Assembly: GCA_001600815.1 (NCBI GenBank)
Contig: BCKZ01000012.1
Span: 547,546 to 611,545 of the forward strand
Direction: 5' to 3'
Length of the DNA: 64,000 nucleotides
Source of the DNA: Alloascoidea hylecoeti
Lineage: Eukaryota
How positions within the stretch are numbered: the first letter of the stretch is position 1; each line of letters begins with the position of its first letter. Shown piece after piece: positions 1 to 13,053 of this stretch. The notes beneath the pieces are model-generated. The model was not told the DNA's origin and searched no databases. It saw nothing but the letters and a program-made list of their open reading frames with translations. The translations under genes were made by a program, and so were the position numbers.

Positions 1-330
1 AAGAAAAAGAAGGTGGATCTATCAGCTTATTTATATTGCATGTATAACGTTTTCCTCACTAATAGTGACTATGACTGATTCCCGTGAAAAATTTGAATTT
101 TGCTACGCGCACCAGTGAGCCAATCAGAAGTCTGTTGGGGAAATCAGGCTCATGCGCAAACTCACGTGACACACATTCTAGACACCATCTTACCTAATCA
201 TATACACAAATAATGTCTTCAGATCTCCACTTCACCCCATTGAGCCGTGACTTTGCAATTGCAAGTATGCTATCAGCCACTGTACCACGAGCTTTAACAG
301 CTCTAATCTCAAATATATATGATGATGAAG

Positions 331-410
331 TGTGAATAAAAATGTAAATAAAAATGTAAATAAAAATGTAAATAAAAATGTAAATAAAAATATAAATAAA
401 AATATATACA
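331..410. repeat. 12-bp tandem repeat (TAAATAAAAATG)n, about 6 copies, downstream of HTS1
   Basis: Directly visible: aataaaaatgtaaataaaaatgtaaataaaaatgta...; it produces the spurious FTFL repeat in ORF 232..471. Confidence 0.9.
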
Positions 411-479
411 AATTTAAAGTTTCATATGCTCGAAGCATCAAACTTCTTTGCACAACAAAATGCATATGCATATGAATTT

Positions 480-2201
480 CTACAAACCGGTACCTCTTAA
501 TAAAGCCGTAATATCATCAATTCCATGCTTGGAGAGGGAAATTTCAGCAAGAGCTTTCCGCACAACAGGAACCAGCTCTCCAATAGGAACCTCTTGACCT
601 TCATCTGCCCCTTCTCCAAGATTCAGTTTCTTAACACGGATGGTTCCTTTATGGTATTCCTCCTGCCCTAAAATGACGGCGATAGGTGCTCCAATCTTGT
701 CCGCAGCATCAAACTGCTTCTTACTGTTAGCTTTGGCTTTCAATAAATATTCTGTAGAAATTTCAGCCTCCCTTAACTGTTTAGCAACCGCCATTCTCTG
801 AGGTAAAAATCCGTCCCACTCTTTACCTCCTCCAAAAGCCATCACAAATACCTCTATGGCAGATGGCCTAATCTGTTCAACTAAATTCTGGCGCGATTTT
901 ATGATAGAAAAGAGTCGTTCAATACCAAAAGAGATACCTACACATGGGATAGAACTGTTCTTCTTTCCACCAGCAAACATACCAACTAATTTATCGTATC
1001 TTCCTCCAGCCGCAATTGATCCAACTCCTACATACTCAGAAGCATCATCTTCTTCTTCCCCTTTACTTTTTTTGCTCTTCTTTTTATCTTTCCGTCCGGA
1101 CTTAGCTTGCTCTTTTAGTTCCGCAGCATTTGGTGGAGGCGCCGAAGCTTCGGTAACTGCTTCATATATCACACCAGTATAATAATCAAGACCACGGGCT
1201 AGAGACAGATCAAAAGAAAAGAATGAAGAAATACCAAGAGCATCGGTATAAGTTAATAAAGTAGTCATATCTTCAATACCTTCAACTGCAGATTCGTTAT
1301 TTCCCAAAGTTGCATCGTCTCTCAATTTGGCAATCAACTCTTTAAGTGAACCCTTTAATTTGACATATTCACCAATTTTATCTGCTACTTCTTCTGATTG
1401 GTGTTTTTCAACAACCATTTCTTTCTTGACTTCTTCCCAAGGAGATTTATCTAATTTGTCCACGGCACTTGAGATTTTACGAATATCTTCTTCCTTAACA
1501 CCACAAACTTGGAAAATACCATCGAGAATCTTTCTGTGATTGATTTTAACTACGAAATTAATACCCAATTTCGTAAGACCTTCAACAAGGATAGACAAAA
1601 CTTCTGCATCTGGCGCCATTTTATCATAAACACCCGCGATATCAAAATCACATTGATAGAACTCTCTCATTCTTCCCTTTGTCATTGCGGGTTGATCTCG
1701 TCTGTAAACCTTCGCAATTTGATATCTTTTCATGCTTTGAATATTATTCATTGCAAGATATCTTGCAAATGGAACAGTCAAATCATATCGTAACGATGTT
1801 AATTCACCACCCTGATCTTCTAAATTATAGATCAATTTTGAATCTTCACCATATTTTCCAGACAATATTTCACGTAACTCAAAAACTGGCGTATCAATTG
1901 TCTCACCCCCATGTTTCTTGAATGTGTCCGTCAACGTTTTAAAAACAGCTTCTCTGATAACCATGTCACTTTTTCCCCAATCTTTAGTGCCTTTAGGGAC
2001 TTTTAGAGAAAATTGAGGTGCCGATTTCTTTGATTTCTTGTGCCCTTCAGCAATCTTATCCTTTGAGATCGGTGTTTTAACTGACGCTAAATCAGACTTT
2101 ATATTAGTTGAAGCTTCTGATGACATTGTTATGCTTATTAGTGGGTGTATGAGTGATATCCTTGGCGCTTTGTATATAACTGTTGAAAGCCGCTTTAACA
2201 T
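480..2201 (-). CDS. HTS1: Histidyl-tRNA synthetase, probably both cytosolic and mitochondrial
   Basis: Class II aaRS motifs [56 protein letters not shown]. Basic N-terminal extension precedes a second in-frame ATG at 2126. Confidence 0.97.
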   Translation of the reverse strand: MLKRLSTVIYKAPRISLIHPLISITMSSEASTNIKSDLASVKTPISKDKIAEGHKKSKKSAPQFSLKVPKGTKDWGKSDMVIREAVFKTLTDTFKKHGGETIDTPVFELREILSGKYGEDSKLIYNLEDQGGELTSLRYDLTVPFARYLAMNNIQSMKRYQIAKVYRRDQPAMTKGRMREFYQCDFDIAGVYDKMAPDAEVLSILVEGLTKLGINFVVKINHRKILDGIFQVCGVKEEDIRKISSAVDKLDKSPWEEVKKEMVVEKHQSEEVADKIGEYVKLKGSLKELIAKLRDDATLGNNESAVEGIEDMTTLLTYTDALGISSFFSFDLSLARGLDYYTGVIYEAVTEASAPPPNAAELKEQAKSGRKDKKKSKKSKGEEEDDASEYVGVGSIAAGGRYDKLVGMFAGGKKNSSIPCVGISFGIERLFSIIKSRQNLVEQIRPSAIEVFVMAFGGGKEWDGFLPQRMAVAKQLREAEISTEYLLKAKANSKKQFDAADKIGAPIAVILGQEEYHKGTIRVKKLNLGEGADEGQEVPIGELVPVVRKALAEISLSKHGIDDITALLRGTGL

Positions 2202-2557
2202 ATATTAAAAAGATAAAATCTATCTACGATTATCTCTTGTCTCTTTCTGTTTCAAAGGATTTTTCAAAAATCAGTCATATTAAATTTTATTTGAAAGGCC
2301 GGGTAATTTATGATCTTCAATAGACACCTTTGGATCTAGAGGTTATTCAGAATCTATTTTGTTTTTACAATATTTTTATAATAAATACCTAAAAGGCCGG
2401 TATAAGCTTACATTCATATGCAAATAATTTTATCATAAATAACTATGTATCATAAATATCATGAAGTCAATTGCAAAAATAAAAATATAAATGTAAAAAA
2501 GATTTTTAAATAGTGACTAACTTTTTTCAAGATTTGTCATTGATTTGTTGATCTGTT

Positions 2558-5539
2558 TTAAATAACATTGGACCCATCATCGGTGCTAGAACTGTTTGTC
2601 CGTTTAGCTTCTTCTCCAATCTGTCTTTCAATTATTTTTGAACTACCCACACTCCTTCCTCTATTTAATGAACCAACAGTTTCATCATACTGTAATTCAC
2701 CAACTGGGACAGCATGCCAAAATTTTGTGATCCCATTTTCACCAGGGGTGCCCGTTATTGTTCTATCTCTTCTATTGATATGACTACCAAAAAAAGAAGA
2801 AGTAGAATTCGGCTGGCCATAAATTGCTGTTATATCAACACTCTCCATTCGATTTCGCAGTGCTCTATTATCACCTTCGTGATTAAGATCATCGGCAGAA
2901 TGATTGTTTAAATTAAGATTGTCATTAGATAAAAATGGAATTTGTGAGACTTCTGAGAAATTAGAGTTGGCTGTTAATAAAGGAATTCTATCAGTATTGG
3001 AAGTAGTAATACGACATATCCTATCACCACCTTCAACATCATTCTGTTGGTTAAACCGAGAGGATGATAAACTATAAATTGATTCATTATCGTCATTTTC
3101 TCTTCCATTTAAAGGATCTAAATATGATGAAAATTCATTATTTTGTGTGTTATTAACTGCCGCTATGCGGGGAGAGGAATCATTATTTCTGTTTTTTTTT
3201 CCTGCGGAGTTAGAATTGATAGTTAAATTCATACTATGTGATAACATGTTTGAATTAAAATCCGTCACATTTCCAGGGTTCAGAAAGTCAGAATTAGCTG
3301 GTTGTTTTCCTGGAGAGATATTAGAATTAGTTCGAAGTCCGGAACTTTCCGTATTGCTACTTCCTTCATTTACTGTTGTCCTTGTTGAAGTTGAAGGTAG
3401 ATTGTGTGAAATAGGAATATCTATACTACTTCGTGGAGACTGAACAGTTTTGGGGCTCATAATATGGGCCATTTCATCTTCATCGACAGTAAAATTAGGT
3501 AATTCATTAGCGACGTCAGATTCTTCAAAATGCAGGTCATGATATGCCGGTGGGTTGTCTGTAGGTATTATACTGCCAGTATGGGGGTTGGAAGAAGGAG
3601 AATCGAGGCTAAACCCACCTTCCAGTCCAGACCTAATAGAAGAGGCTCTTTCGGCCTCCTCAAAAGATGGAGGCGCTATATCTGCTTCAAACGGCGGTGG
3701 ATTCATAGATGGTCTTCTTAAAAAATGAATGGGCCTTTGCAACGGACTTCCAATAGCTGTTGTGGTTAACATGGGCGATAGATTTATTGGCTGAGCTTGT
3801 AATTGAGGAGAACTAAAAGCGACGGTACTACCATTGACATTGATGTTTATTGAGGGTGACATTGGTGGTTGATAAGGGCTACCTGAGTACAAAGGACTAC
3901 CCATGGTAAGATTTATTGCAGAAAGTGCAGGAGAAAGGGCCGAAGCAAGAGAAATCGAATCATCATCTTTGGTATTTGTCTTTTGTTGCAGTTTTGATAG
4001 GGATGGGGGTTTATAAATATTTGACTCTAGATGAGCTTTTGCAAAGTCATCAAGATATTGTTGCTGTATAGATTGATTTATTAATTCAGACTCTTCATGT
4101 GGCTCGCCACAAGAATAACCAGATGGTGTATATACAGGCAATCCAACAATGGCCTTCGAGCATAATGGGCTGAGAATATTGAGAGGAGAATCAATAGATA
4201 CTTCATAGTGCTTTCTCTTTTCGGGGTTATCAGGATCTTTTTTCGATAATCTCAATGAAATTTTGATCCAATGATGAATTTTGATATTTTCATATGTTGT
4301 ATTTGGATGAATTTTGAGAGCTTCGTAAGGGCCCAATTTCGAGGGAATATAAACTTGGAATTCCATTTCTGTTACGCCTACCCCAAAGGATCCCAATGCT
4401 TCTACGCCATCTAAGTCACCCAATAATGAAGATTTATCAGAGTTTTTATGTTCCATAAGTAGATGCTTCTTAGCAGGTTCCATTCTATGAACTTTCTTGT
4501 TTTTACAATAGTACTCCATGTTTTCTGTCAAATAGACCCTGATTCTATGGCATTGTACTTTTGCTAATGGTGTAAGTTTTATTGCTATTGGAATATAATT
4601 ACCTATTGCAAATGCTTTCCCACCAATAACTATATCATAATGCAATTGGTCTTCCCAGTCTTTCATAATCGAGATGGGCTCTGATTCTTGAATAGATGAT
4701 TCTGTAGGCGTTCTAACAAGCGTTATAGGTTGTCTAGCAATAATATTTGTTTTCAGAACTCCTGATCGTTCAACTGTAACATCTAACTGGTATTTCACAG
4801 AACCAAAAGTCGCATCAATAGTTTCTGGATAAGAAGAATCAATCGGAAACTCAAAGTTGTATATATAATCACCTGGCTGAAATGTAAGATAACCTTTGGA
4901 GATCACATCTTCAACGCATGTGCCGCTTACTGAATTTTGATAAGAGTTTGTTGAATTTCCTGAGTGAAGAGATGATAGGGAAGAGGAACGGGCACGAGAT
5001 TCTAGAGATTCTAACAATGAGCCACGTCCTTTAGGTGCAGGAGAAGCGGCCCGTCTTAGCTTGTCCACAAGGTTGCTATTAGATCCAGAGCCCTGGCTTG
5101 TGTGGGACACACTTGCGCTGGGACGAGCCCGTGTGCCATGGCTATTACCATTTAGGGGTCTAAAGATTGGGGCAGAACCACAGTCCAAATCCTGAGCAGT
5201 CACAAACCGTGTGTCAAAGAAGGGCCAAACGTGAGATAAAACTTGCTGCACCTCTGAGTGAGACTGGCGTTTGGGAGGAATTCCTTCAGGCCACTCCGTC
5301 CTAGCCTCTCCACTGAACTGCAGGGTCACAGCCCTGATTTTGTCTGTCTTCGCCAAACGAAGAATGAGCGATCCTCTCAGTATAGTTGGACTTCTCTCAC
5401 AATATTCATTGCGTTCATAGCCCTGGAGGAATAAAACCGGCTCTGCCAGTGCTAGATAAACGGATGTTGAGCCATTTGATGCCAGCGGCTTTGCCGGTAT
5501 AACTAATGAGATATCTGTTGGAAAAAGTGGAGAGTTCAT
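2558..5539 (-). CDS. Alpha-arrestin trafficking adaptor, Aly1/Aly2 (Art6/Art3) type
   Basis: LAEPVLFLQG, RTEWPEGIP, DWEDQLHYDIVI, KRKHYEVSIDSP arrestin N/C domains; PY-like motifs LPVY and PPAY in a disordered tail. First ATG is at 5539 (the ORF track starts at an upstream TTG). Confidence 0.88.
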   Translation of the reverse strand: MNSPLFPTDISLVIPAKPLASNGSTSVYLALAEPVLFLQGYERNEYCERSPTILRGSLILRLAKTDKIRAVTLQFSGEARTEWPEGIPPKRQSHSEVQQVLSHVWPFFDTRFVTAQDLDCGSAPIFRPLNGNSHGTRARPSASVSHTSQGSGSNSNLVDKLRRAASPAPKGRGSLLESLESRARSSSLSSLHSGNSTNSYQNSVSGTCVEDVISKGYLTFQPGDYIYNFEFPIDSSYPETIDATFGSVKYQLDVTVERSGVLKTNIIARQPITLVRTPTESSIQESEPISIMKDWEDQLHYDIVIGGKAFAIGNYIPIAIKLTPLAKVQCHRIRVYLTENMEYYCKNKKVHRMEPAKKHLLMEHKNSDKSSLLGDLDGVEALGSFGVGVTEMEFQVYIPSKLGPYEALKIHPNTTYENIKIHHWIKISLRLSKKDPDNPEKRKHYEVSIDSPLNILSPLCSKAIVGLPVYTPSGYSCGEPHEESELINQSIQQQYLDDFAKAHLESNIYKPPSLSKLQQKTNTKDDDSISLASALSPALSAINLTMGSPLYSGSPYQPPMSPSININVNGSTVAFSSPQLQAQPINLSPMLTTTAIGSPLQRPIHFLRRPSMNPPPFEADIAPPSFEEAERASSIRSGLEGGFSLDSPSSNPHTGSIIPTDNPPAYHDLHFEESDVANELPNFTVDEDEMAHIMSPKTVQSPRSSIDIPISHNLPSTSTRTTVNEGSSNTESSGLRTNSNISPGKQPANSDFLNPGNVTDFNSNMLSHSMNLTINSNSAGKKNRNNDSSPRIAAVNNTQNNEFSSYLDPLNGRENDDNESIYSLSSSRFNQQNDVEGGDRICRITTSNTDRIPLLTANSNFSEVSQIPFLSNDNLNLNNHSADDLNHEGDNRALRNRMESVDITAIYGQPNSTSSFFGSHINRRDRTITGTPGENGITKFWHAVPVGELQYDETVGSLNRGRSVGSSKIIERQIGEEAKRTNSSSTDDGSNVI

Positions 5540-6131
5540 ATCACACGAATAATCCAAACAAGGTCGAATATCACCAGAAACGTCAAGGTTGCCAATTGAG
5601 ATCAAAAATGTTAACTACAAAGGAAGAATATAATTGATGGTCGGATGTTTCGGATACATGCATATAACTTATACATTACCTCATGCCTCCTTTGAATTTT
5701 ATTGAAAAATCAGTCAAGCATTGAATTAATTGAATAGAAAATATTCTCGGATTTAAGAGTATCTAAAGGAATCTCCACTCTCGAACAAAATGATCAGCAA
5801 TTATACCAATTGCATTATAAATAAAATTAAAAAAAAAGCGGTTGTGTAATTGTAACTTATAATTCAAGTCTATGAATTTAAATAAATAATTGACCCATTT
5901 GGCTGCATATATAACGTTCAACTATAATTAGTGAAATAATTGATTATGTTATAACGTTAAAATTAACTGTCGGTGATCAAGAAATAGCGATACACTCCAC
6001 TTATAATATATATAATATAATTAATGTGTTAGCTATAGAGTGTTTATGATAATGGTATAATATATCCCATCCTGTAAATAAACCCAGTTACAATTGAACA
6101 TTTATTAATTATAGGTGGTTTATAGAGGATT

Positions 6132-7756
6132 TTAGAATATTCCTTCCTTATTAATAAAGTCCTAAAAATGATGATTAGCAACGTTAACATACATAAAATA
6201 TCATCAGTTGAATGAACATACCGCTGATGCATCTTTCAATGCCAAGTTGGGATATAGGTCATTTTCGGTTATTTTCTCTCTCGAAAATGGATCAGTTTTA
6301 GATGTCTTCAAATGTTGCAGCAGCCAAGATCGTTCATAAGACTGTCCTGACTTTGTTATCACAGGATCTAGTGAGAGTATATGATTAGCAAATGATAATG
6401 GAATATAAAAACAGCATGTATAATATAACTGTAAATACTTACCAACAAATAGATTAAAAGATATTGGGTCCAGTAGGTAATCTGGAACTTCTCTTGGTTC
6501 ATGTTTGGTATCTGCAGCTTTAAAAGTTTTTCCCAATATCTCCATTTTTTCCTTTAATTCGTCTTTCAAAAAATTAATATCAAATTGATCATCTTCAGAT
6601 AAATCATATGAGCATATTAAATCATCGGTTACAACAAATTTATCGTTACTCGCGTTGTCTATTGCATCTAGTACTCTTTGGTCATCATTTTTATCTTGTA
6701 GATTATTATCATTATCAGCCACTACTGGTTTTGCATATTTTTGTAAAATCTCATTGACCTTTTTGGAGTATTTGTCACGTAGAAGTACTTTCAATTCAGC
6801 GAGTAATGGTGTATTTCGCTCGATTCTTCGCTGCTCATCGGCCTAAAAAACGACATCAGATGGTATTCTCCAATAACAATTACAATTGTGGATTACTTAC
6901 TTCAAACTTCAACTTCTTCGCTTCAAGGATACTTTGACAAATAGAAGCAGCAGACGGAGAGTGATTTTGTAGAGCTAATTCATATCCCTTAAGTAATGGA
7001 TTGATTGACTGTTCTACGCTTCCCAATTTCATCAATGATAAACCAAGCTTTACATAATTATCTGTTAGATATTGTGATATTGACTGGACCAAAAACATAG
7101 CATACATAATATTGTCCCTTCACTATAAGATAATATGTTGAAATTAGCGAATTAGATCTCATAAATAATTTTCACTTGAATGTATAACATACTTGAATTT
7201 GGATCTAACTCAGTGGCTCTTTTACAATCCTCCACTAGAGACATTTCCTCAATTAGTAATGAATACCTATAATTGATCATAGCTAACCTCTATTTGAAGT
7301 TTTTCCGGTACATTTTTCCCAAAATGATTAGGACATACACATAGAACTGTATTTTTCTAATTTGAATCTTGATAATGCTCTCTAGATAGAAATTGCCATT
7401 AGCTTAAGCTTCTAACAAGCCAATAAGGCGCAATAATTCCAGATATGTACATTTGTATAATAGACAGCTTTTGTTGGATCATGTATAATACTAGAAGAGT
7501 ATCCGCTTTAGTAATATTTTATATAATATGGTGCTCCGGAGTGAAAATCTTACGCTTTTGTATAGCTCTATTGAATCAAAAATGAGGTTAGATGGAGAAC
7601 TCATGGCAGATCGGTAAATGAGACTTACTTCTATCGCCCTTTCATAGTCTCCATTTTTGAAGTAGGTATTCCCTTTCTGGGGTCGTGATCGTTAGAATTA
7701 AATATAGACAATAAAATAGTACAAAGACACACTTCTTTAAAAGCCTCGGCCATCAT
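6132..7756 (-). CDS. CHIP/STUB1-like TPR + U-box E3 ubiquitin ligase, 11 exons, about 316 aa
   Basis: Manually spliced exons (minus): 7756-7733, 7676-7629, 7567-7554, 7490-7451, 7381-7339, 7234-7193, 7122-7106, 7047-6901, 6842-6443, 6367-6222, 6161-6132. They join in frame to MMAEAFKEKGNTYFKNGDYERAIESYTKAIIHDPTKAVYYTNRAL... (TPR) and EVPDYLLDPISFNLFVDPVITKSGQSYER...DPFSR...LYPNLALK (U-box). Confidence 0.9.
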
Positions 7757-7813
7757 ATTTTGGTGTTTCTATTTCAGTTTTTTGTTAACAACTGCACTTT
7801 ACTTTCCAGGCAA

Positions 7814-7851
7814 CACGTGCTCCTTTATGGTACCAAACTTTATGTGAGTCA
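7814..7851. promoter_or_regulatory. CACGTG E-box (7814-7819) and Gcn4/CpcA site TGAGTCA (7845-7851) in the divergent CHIP/ARO4 promoter
   Basis: Exact consensus matches about 90 bp upstream of an amino-acid biosynthetic gene. Confidence 0.7.
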
Positions 7852-7936
7852 TGTTACGCCAAAAATCGCCTACATCTTGAATTTTTTCACCTCATCTAAT
7901 ATTTTATTGTTTTGAAAAACTAAAAGAACATTCACA

Positions 7937-9114
<1,178 letters not shown>

Positions 9115-9199
9115 AACATTATATTTACTAAAATAGCATTGTATATAAATATATATTTATTAGTAACACGCGTAACGTTAGCAAAAATACATAATTATA

Positions 9200-9263
9200 G
9201 AGTCAATAAAATTCTTTATACTTAAGGAGGGTTGTTACAAAATTTAAATCTGCGGTTGACTCA
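9200..9263. promoter_or_regulatory. HIS7 promoter: GAGTCA (Bas1/Gcn4-type, 9200-9205) and TGACTCA Gcn4 site (9257-9263)
   Basis: Consensus matches within the 214-bp ARO4-HIS7 intergenic region. Confidence 0.7.
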
Positions 9264-9328
9264 TTCATGCATGATGGTCAATGAAAAATATATAGCACAT
9301 CTAACTCTTTCAACACCAGCTATTTAAA

Positions 9329-11073
9329 ATGTCAAGGATCGTTCATGTCATAGACGTCGAGAGCGGAAACCTTCGTTCTCTGGAAAATGCTATTGAGTAC
9401 CTTGGCTATACAGTCAAATACGTTAGATCGTTGAACGATTCTCTAGATGATGCAACAGTATGTTATCGTTACCTTATATTTAAACTAAATCGAGATGAAA
9501 AATAACTAATGTTTATAAGAAATTAATTTTACCTGGTGTTGGTAACTTTGGGCACTTTGTTCAAGAATTGAAGAACAGAGGTTTTGAGAATCCAATTAAA
9601 GACTATATCAAATCTGGTAGGCCTATCATGGGAATTTGTGTTGGATTACAAGCTTTTTTCTTGGGATCAACCGAAAGTAGTTCTGTCACCGGCCTTGGTT
9701 TAATCAATAAAACATTAACTCAATTTAATAAAGAAACAAAGTCAGTTCCACAAATTGGTTGGAATAGTGTATCTTTACCACAAAGAGAGAGAAATCAAAA
9801 GTTATACGGTTTAGACCCAGAGTCGAGATACTATTTCGTTCATTCCTACGCAGGCATTTTAACTAGCGATGAAATTAAAGCCAACGAAATCGATGGGTGG
9901 GAATTCGCAACAGCTAGATATGGAGAAGAAAGATTCATTGCAGCAGTTTCAAAAGATAACATTTTTGCGACGCAATTCCACCCTGAGAAAAGTGGTATAG
10001 CAGGCCTGAAAGTTATCAAGGATTTCCTAGAAGGAAATAAATATCTTCCCATCTCTGTTAAAAGTTCTTCAGCTTTAGCAAATAGCACACCTATTGAACA
10101 GACTCAAACTGGATTAACTCGTCGAATAATAGCCTGTCTTGATGTTCGAACAAATGACTCGGGCGATTTAGTAGTTACAAAAGGTGATCAATATGATGTT
10201 CGTGAAAAATCAGCTTCAGGTAATGTCAGAAATTTAGGGAAACCAGTAGAAATGGCTGAAAAGTATTACAATCAAGGAGCAGATGAAGTTACTTTTCTCA
10301 ATATCACTTCCTTTAGAAATTCTCCTTTCAAAGATACGCCAATGCTTGAAGTTTTAAAGGAAACAAGTAAGACCGTATTTGTCCCATTAACTATTGGTGG
10401 AGGCATCCGTGATGTTGTTGATCCGGACGGGACAGTTATTCCGGCTAAGGAAGTGGCTTCATTATATTTTAGATCTGGTGCTGATAAAGTCTCAATTGGT
10501 TCAGATGCTGTCTATGCCGCTGAAAAGTTTTATGAACGTGGTAGCAAAGGTGATGGAACATCACCAATGGAAACAATATCTAAAGCTTATGGTATTCAAG
10601 CGGTTGTAATATCTGTGGATCCAAAAAGAGTTTATGTTCAATCCCCAGCTGATACAAAACACAAGACCATCGAAACAAAATTTCTAGGCCCTAACAATGA
10701 AAAATATGTCTGGTATCAATGCACAGTTAAAGGTGGAAGAGAGTCCAGGGATCTAGGTGTTTGGGAATTTGTCAAGGCTGTTGAAGCACTTGGTGCTGGA
10801 GAAATTCTACTGAATTGTATCGATAAAGATGGAACAAACTCAGGGTTTGACTTGGAACTCATTAACCATGTTAAAGAAGCGATTAGTTTACCTGTCATTG
10901 CTTCTAGTGGTGCTGGTATTCCACAACATTTTGAAGAGGTTTTTAAGAAGACAAAAGTCGATGCTGCACTTGGTGCAGGCATGTTTCATAGAGGTGAATA
11001 TAAAGTCAGTGAAGTTAAAGATTATCTCACAAATCATGGATTACTGGTGAGAATTGATAATGAAAAAATCTGA
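9329..11073 (+). CDS. HIS7: Bifunctional imidazole glycerol phosphate synthase (HisH-HisF); exons 9329-9457, 9520-11073
   Basis: [55 protein letters not shown]...ACTAAT...AAG intron restores the frame. Confidence 0.96.
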
Positions 11074-11868
11074 TACAATATAATTTCAATATTTTGCAAG
11101 AAGCCTATAAGATTTTATATCTAAAATAAAGTGTACTGCATTATATAGCAAATAAGGGTAACATTTAAAGATCATGTATCTCAATTGAATTATTTCTAGC
11201 TAAATTATTCGTAAAATCTAGATTTTTTAGCTCACACAACTTTCAGGAAATGATTCGCAAAGATTTCGGTTTGGGAATCTTATAAGCTCTATCAACAGAA
11301 AGACACGGTGAGTGAGGACCGAAAATATGGTGTGTGTGTTTGTGTCACCCTCCCGATCCTGTTGAAATTGTATAGAACCCAGTTTATCTGAGGAGCAAAA
11401 AATATTGTTGCAGAATAACTTGAATGAGACAGCTATTTTTGTTGGTAATGGTTACCAGGCCATATCAAATTTTAGTACGCGGCTATAATCGTATCTGGAT
11501 CTTGAACCCTACATAAGTAAGGCACATCCTTTTTTCTCCACATTTAGTACTTTTTCTTTTTACACCATACACAATCCTCTCAACCCATTCTGTCATATAT
11601 CCAATTTTAAAAACGATCTCGAAGAAATCTTTCGAGAAATCTACCTTTTAAAGTAGATGTGTGGGTATTTACAACTTTACATACTGTAGGAATTATCTTT
11701 ATCCTTGTTTTCATTAAACTCAAAATTTAATTGTCCTATCAATTTAGTATCAAGATAGTGATGAATGTTCGGTGGTTGCAGGTCCGGATCTAGAAAAGTA
11801 AATGCTCCACAACACTCACACCAAGCCTTTGAATCAAAAAATATTTATAGTATAGGGGAGTCTGGCCT

Positions 11869-11913
11869 GTGAATCTTATGGTATGAATCTTATGGTATGA
11901 ATCTTATGGTATG
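11869..11913. repeat. 14-bp tandem repeat TGAATCTTATGGTA x3
   Basis: tgtgaatcttatggtatgaatcttatggtatgaatcttatggtatg. Confidence 0.9.
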
Positions 11914-12524
11914 GACTGAAATTTGGAAAGGAAGCCGTAATTCACTGTGTAGAGTAGTTGGGCTCCAAATTGTAGAAAAAGGGAGCCACCACACGTTCCC
12001 ACCTAGAACTTTCAAGCCCTTTATTTTAGTGATATTGATGAGGTTATCGTATTCAACCCGCTAGGATCACGATGAATTGGTTTTGTGAGAAGGAGTGAGA
12101 GATGTTGGAGTGACCGCCTTTTTGACCGGATCTGAAACCAATTTTGCACTTGTGAAGAAAACCTCTTTAAAAAAGTTTATCACAAAGCTGAAATTCCGAT
12201 TATGAGCATTCCACAACGGTGTAGAAAGGAAGAAAGATTAAGATTCAAAAAGTTGGGTGATATGGGTCAGGATATCAATGATAAGCTGATTGACTCTATA
12301 CCTCGTACGGTGGCAGCGGTCTATGTCATTAGGGAGGTCGACACCAAATAAAACGCCATCTTATAAGTTATAGTCTAATTTAACCTCTTGAATTTACAGA
12401 ACACTATTTAAGAACGGCTTAAGGTCTTGTAGAGTATTCAATAGAGTTGCTATTTTACCCCGAAAAAGATGACACTAATACTTGATTTTCCACGACTGTA
12501 CTTAATCCTTATACCAATTTTCAT

Positions 12525-12640
12525 GTGGGGTATTTCAAAAAAAATCTCCACGTTTCAACACATGATCCTACCATCTTAATATTAATCTTTCTTATTTTCG
12601 TATACTGTAAACTGGGGTATTTCAGAGAACTCCACGTTTT
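12525..12640. promoter_or_regulatory. Two copies of an inverted SYGGRG pair ([G/C]TGGGGTATTTCA...CTCCACGTTT), candidate Mig1/CreA sites upstream of the permease
   Basis: gtggggtatttcaaaaaaaatctccacgtttc (~12525) and ctggggtatttcagagaactccacgtttt (~12612). The factor assignment is inference. Confidence 0.5.
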
Positions 12641-12872
12641 AACATAATATTCTTATGAGTGTGAGGCTGTTTAATATTCACCCTCGTTGAGCAAAACTTT
12701 TATACTGGTAGTGGGTCTAATTGTGGGATCTTTGATTCCATATCTTATTGAACATAAGCCACCTAAAGATATATACACTAACTTACATATATATATCGTT
12801 AATAAAAAATAAATACTATCATAATTAGGTAATAGATAGAGAGTTATGGTTACTACTAACTTAATTACTAGT
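12624..12872 (+). repeat. Copy A of a degenerate direct repeat (permease upstream region)
   Basis: Colinear similarity with 15661-15865; see findings. Confidence 0.75.
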
Positions 12873-13053
12873 ATGATACGCTAGATTATGTGGAATATTT
12901 ACTTTATTCAATATAATATTCAAGGGTGAGATTATGCAAAGCTAAACAAGGATACGGTTTAAAAAAATTAGTCTGTGCCTAATATATATTAAGCCCACCA
13001 ATTTATAGAGACCTTCTTTCGCTTCCTTTTAATTTACAATAGAATAAGATAAA

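Noticed and set aside
232..471. 79-aa hydrophobic ORF with FTFL repeats
   Set aside because: Translation artefact of the 12-bp tandem repeat downstream of HTS1.
856..3721. Several + strand ORFs overlapping HTS1 and the arrestin
   Set aside because: Antisense shadows of well-supported genes with no motifs; the same applies to similar ORFs inside HIS7, PLC1, ACH1, PHO91, PLB and others.
11869..11913. CRISPR-like or telomere-like array
   Set aside because: Three contiguous 14-mers without spacers in a eukaryotic intergenic region; a simple minisatellite.
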